Shown piece by piece: positions 31,878 through 34,620 of a DNA stretch of 34,620 nt (position 1 is the first letter of the stretch; every line of letters begins with the position of its first letter). Both the position numbers and the translations under genes were made by a program. Under the pieces are notes generated by a model that saw only the letters and a program-made list of their open reading frames with translations, searched no databases and had not been told where the DNA came from. This stretch comes from Octopus bimaculoides. Taxonomy: Eukaryota. The stretch is taken from assembly GCF_001194135.2 (NCBI RefSeq), contig NC_068988.1:83244515-83279134 (forward strand), written 5' to 3'.

Positions 31878-33210
31878 AAATAATCGAATTATTACATATT
31901 TTCTATAAATCTTCTTTATTGAAGTTACTAAGTCGTATATATACTTCATCATGATTTTAGTGATTAAGCTATTTTATATCCTTTTCTATGGTGTTTCTAC
32001 CTTACCTGACCATTTTAATACTTTAATTAAATCAGTATACAATTAACATGTTTTTTAACCTCAGTTGGTCCATCATTAAATACCAGGTAAATCCAATTGA
32101 TCAATCTTTATAGAAATCATATAAGTTAATATTTAGATAGGTAATAAGTAAATAAATATTAAACTATTTTTTTTGCAACTTTCTTTTCCTCCCTCTATTG
32201 TGGTAAAAAAATTTTAGTATATACTCATAATATTTAAAGAGGTTTTATCCTTTTGTTAAAATTTCATTCTTAATAATCTTCTTGATTACCCTGAATTTTA
32301 ACTTTGTACAATAAGACAATATTGTTTGAAATGATCTTTAGAGATTACTTGATTTATCTCTTTCTTAAATGGCTCTACCCTCCTGATCTTAGTATTTTAT
32401 AAAGGCCTTTATATAAATAACCCTTCTAAACTAGTACCACCAAGAATCTATAAATATCATATAAGGAGTAACAACAATTACTTCTTAAACCTATAATATA
32501 ATCCCTCAGTTTATATATAGAAGGATTAGTGTAAAATTTGAATGTTCCATAACTTAACAATTCCTTTAACTGATACCAGACATCAGTCTTTTATTGATAT
32601 TAGCTAAATATGTAAAATATAATTTTTAGTCCAATATATTTTGAATTATTATACATTTTCTATAAATCTTCTCTATTGGTGTTAATAAGCTAAATATACT
32701 TTGCCATAGCATTAGTAATTAAGCTATTATATTTCTATGGTATTCTGCCCAAATTGATTATTTTATTTCATTTCTTTATTAATTTATAATTAACCTTTAT
32801 TTATTCATAAAAATTAAGCTAATCTTTGTATCTCTATAAATTCATACTTAGCTTATATAAAACTATACTGGTATATTCAATACATTAAAAAAAACTGCTT
32901 AGATTATCATTTTATTAATATATAATTAGAATGTTCTTTTACTTCAATACTCCTTTATTAATACCAGTATATACCAATTAATCAATATTCACAGATACCA
33001 TCTGATGAGTTAGTATTTAAGTGTACAATATGTATAAATATCAAATTATTTCTGAATAATTTCTTTTCCTCCCTCTATTGTGGTAAAAGTTTGGTATATA
33101 CTAAAAAATATCCATAAATTTCTATCCTTTTGTTAATATATTCTTCTTGATAACCCTCTGAATAGCCATAAACTTTATCTGTATACAATATAACAACATT
33201 GTTTTAAAAC
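31878..33210. repeat. old diverged AT-rich direct duplication (two blocks)
   Basis: About 31878-32020 aligns to about 32640-32770, and about 32176-32330 to about 33058-33210 (shared TTTCTTTTCCTCCCTCTATTGTGGTAAAA). Confidence 0.8.
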
Positions 33211-33487
33211 ATTTAACTACAGTACTACATGATAAGACTTCCCCTGTTTCATTGTCAATGGTCTGCTAGTGGGCGACCCCCTTAGTATTCAGCCAATATC
33301 TTGTTTTAAGTTTTCCTTTACCAAACCTCATGATTTTTACGACTATACCAACTATGATTTTTGTCTGCTCTCTCAGCCCTACCCATAACAGATAATGCCC
33401 TTTATTCTCTTAGCTTTAGATATACAAGATTTGATAAACTAGTCTATAAATTAAAACTGACCCCATAAAAACAAATAAAATCAGTGA

Positions 33488-33551
33488 CAGGCAGAGTCTT
33501 CTTGACAATTTATTTATTAACTTCTATGTTGTAGTAGAGGCAACATGTTCT
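33488..33551 (-). repeat. 64-bp inverted repeat, right arm
   Basis: Reverse complement of 31544-31607 with one mismatch. Confidence 0.95.
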
Positions 33552-33819
33552 TTGTCTATCTCCTTAACTTCTTGGAGATTTTAGGTATAATTATACTAAT
33601 GTGTCCATCTGTCCTAATTTAATTAAATTCTATGTCTCTGTGCAGCTGAGGATTGCTTTGTATTTTAAAGTGATGTAATGATTGCATTGTTCAATTAAAT
33701 GGAGTTGCATGAAACGATCGTACTGCATTACCTCTGGATATCCTTGTTGCTTATTTTGATATATATATATTTTTTGTAGATAGTTTTTGCATATGGCAGA
33801 TGCTCAGGAGCAATAAACA

Positions 33820-34620
33820 CTGAAAATGTGCAGAGAACAACTTCTGCCACATTCCAGGGAGAAAAACTGCATGTAGTTGACAGCTTCCGTTACCTAGGTG
33901 ACCAAGTCAGTAGCGGGGATGGATGCGCTAAAAGTATAGCTACTAGAATAAGAATAGCCTGGGCAAAGTTCAGAGAGCTCCTACCTCTGCTGGTGACAAA
34001 GGGCCTCTNNNNNNNNNNAGATGGATGCGCTAAAAGTATAGCTACTAGAATAAGAATAGCCTGGGCAAAGTTCAGAGAGCTCCTACCTCTGCTGGTGACA
34101 AAGGGCCTCTTGCTCAGAGTAAAAGGTAGACTGTATGATGCATGTGTACGAACAGCCATGCTACATGGCAGTGAAACATGGGCTGTGACTGCTGAGGACA
34201 TGCGTAAGCTTGCAAGGAATGAAGCCAGTATGCTCTACTGGATGTGTAATATCAGTGTGCATACACAACAGAGTGTAAGTGCCTTGAGAGAAAAGTTGGA
34301 CCTAAGAAGCATCAGATGTGGTGTGCAAGAGAGACAACTGCGCTAGTATTGTCATGTGGTGAGAATGGATGAGGATAGCTGTGTGAAAAAGTGTCACACC
34401 CTAGTGGTTGAGGGAACCTCTGGAAGAAGAAGACCCAGGAAGACCTGGGATGAGGTGGTTAAGCACGACCTTCGAACATTAGGCTTCACCGAGGCAATGA
34501 CTAGTGACCGAGACCATTGGAATTATGCTGTGCTTGAGAAGACCCGGCAAGCCAAGTTAGACCATAACTTGTGACCTATGCCAGTGGTGTAACCAGCCCA
34601 CTTATGTGTACCTTTCTTTC
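33820..34620 (+). mobile_element. 5'-truncated RTE-type LINE (ORF C-terminus and start of 3' UTR)
   Basis: VVDSFRYLGD...RIRIAWAKFRELLPLL...GRLYDACVRTAMLHGSETWA...R*YCHVVRMDEDSCVKKC...GRRRPRKTWDEVV. Confidence 0.9.
33918..34110. other. probable assembly overlap: identical 91-bp segments either side of a 10-N gap
   Basis: 33918-34008 equals 34020-34110, with N at 34009-34018. Confidence 0.85.

Noticed and set aside
31608-33487. NUMT, Maverick or viral coding remnant inside the inverted repeat
   Set aside because: The frames I translated are full of stops, including under mitochondrial readthrough, and no recognisable motif was found.
1-34620. CRISPR arrays, tRNA or rRNA genes, prokaryotic systems
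   Set aside because: The tandem repeats have no unique spacers, the tRNA-like boxes belong to SINE heads, and the content is eukaryotic TE DNA.

Overview
AT-rich eukaryotic (animal) DNA with seven N-gaps. The SINE and LINE sequences resemble those I recall from octopus, which is an inference and not a database result. No host gene can be supported. The window is a dense nest of decayed transposable elements: two non-autonomous Helitrons with canonical ends, several MITEs, a mariner fragment, five tRNA-derived SINE copies or fragments, two divergent L1/Tx1-like LINEs, a CsRn1-type Ty3/gypsy 3' half, a Mag-type gypsy 5' end, Penelope-like remnants, a near full-length RTE LINE and pieces of a second RTE-type family, plus micro- and minisatellites. 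All TE ORFs carry stops or frameshifts. Best leads: (1) an apparently full-length Tx1-like LINE (11828-17284) inserted with a 5-bp CACTC duplication into the predicted initiator of a gypsy LTR, 29 nt downstream of its TATA box; (2) an HDV-like ribozyme fold at the 5' boundary of the RTE LINE; (3) a 64-bp near-perfect inverted repeat enclosing about 1.9 kb of old non-coding DNA; (4) an AAG|GTAAG splice-donor motif at the ORF1/ORF2 junction of both Tx1-like copies; (5) six coding TE remnants in a row on the minus strand from about 4 to 25.7 kb.
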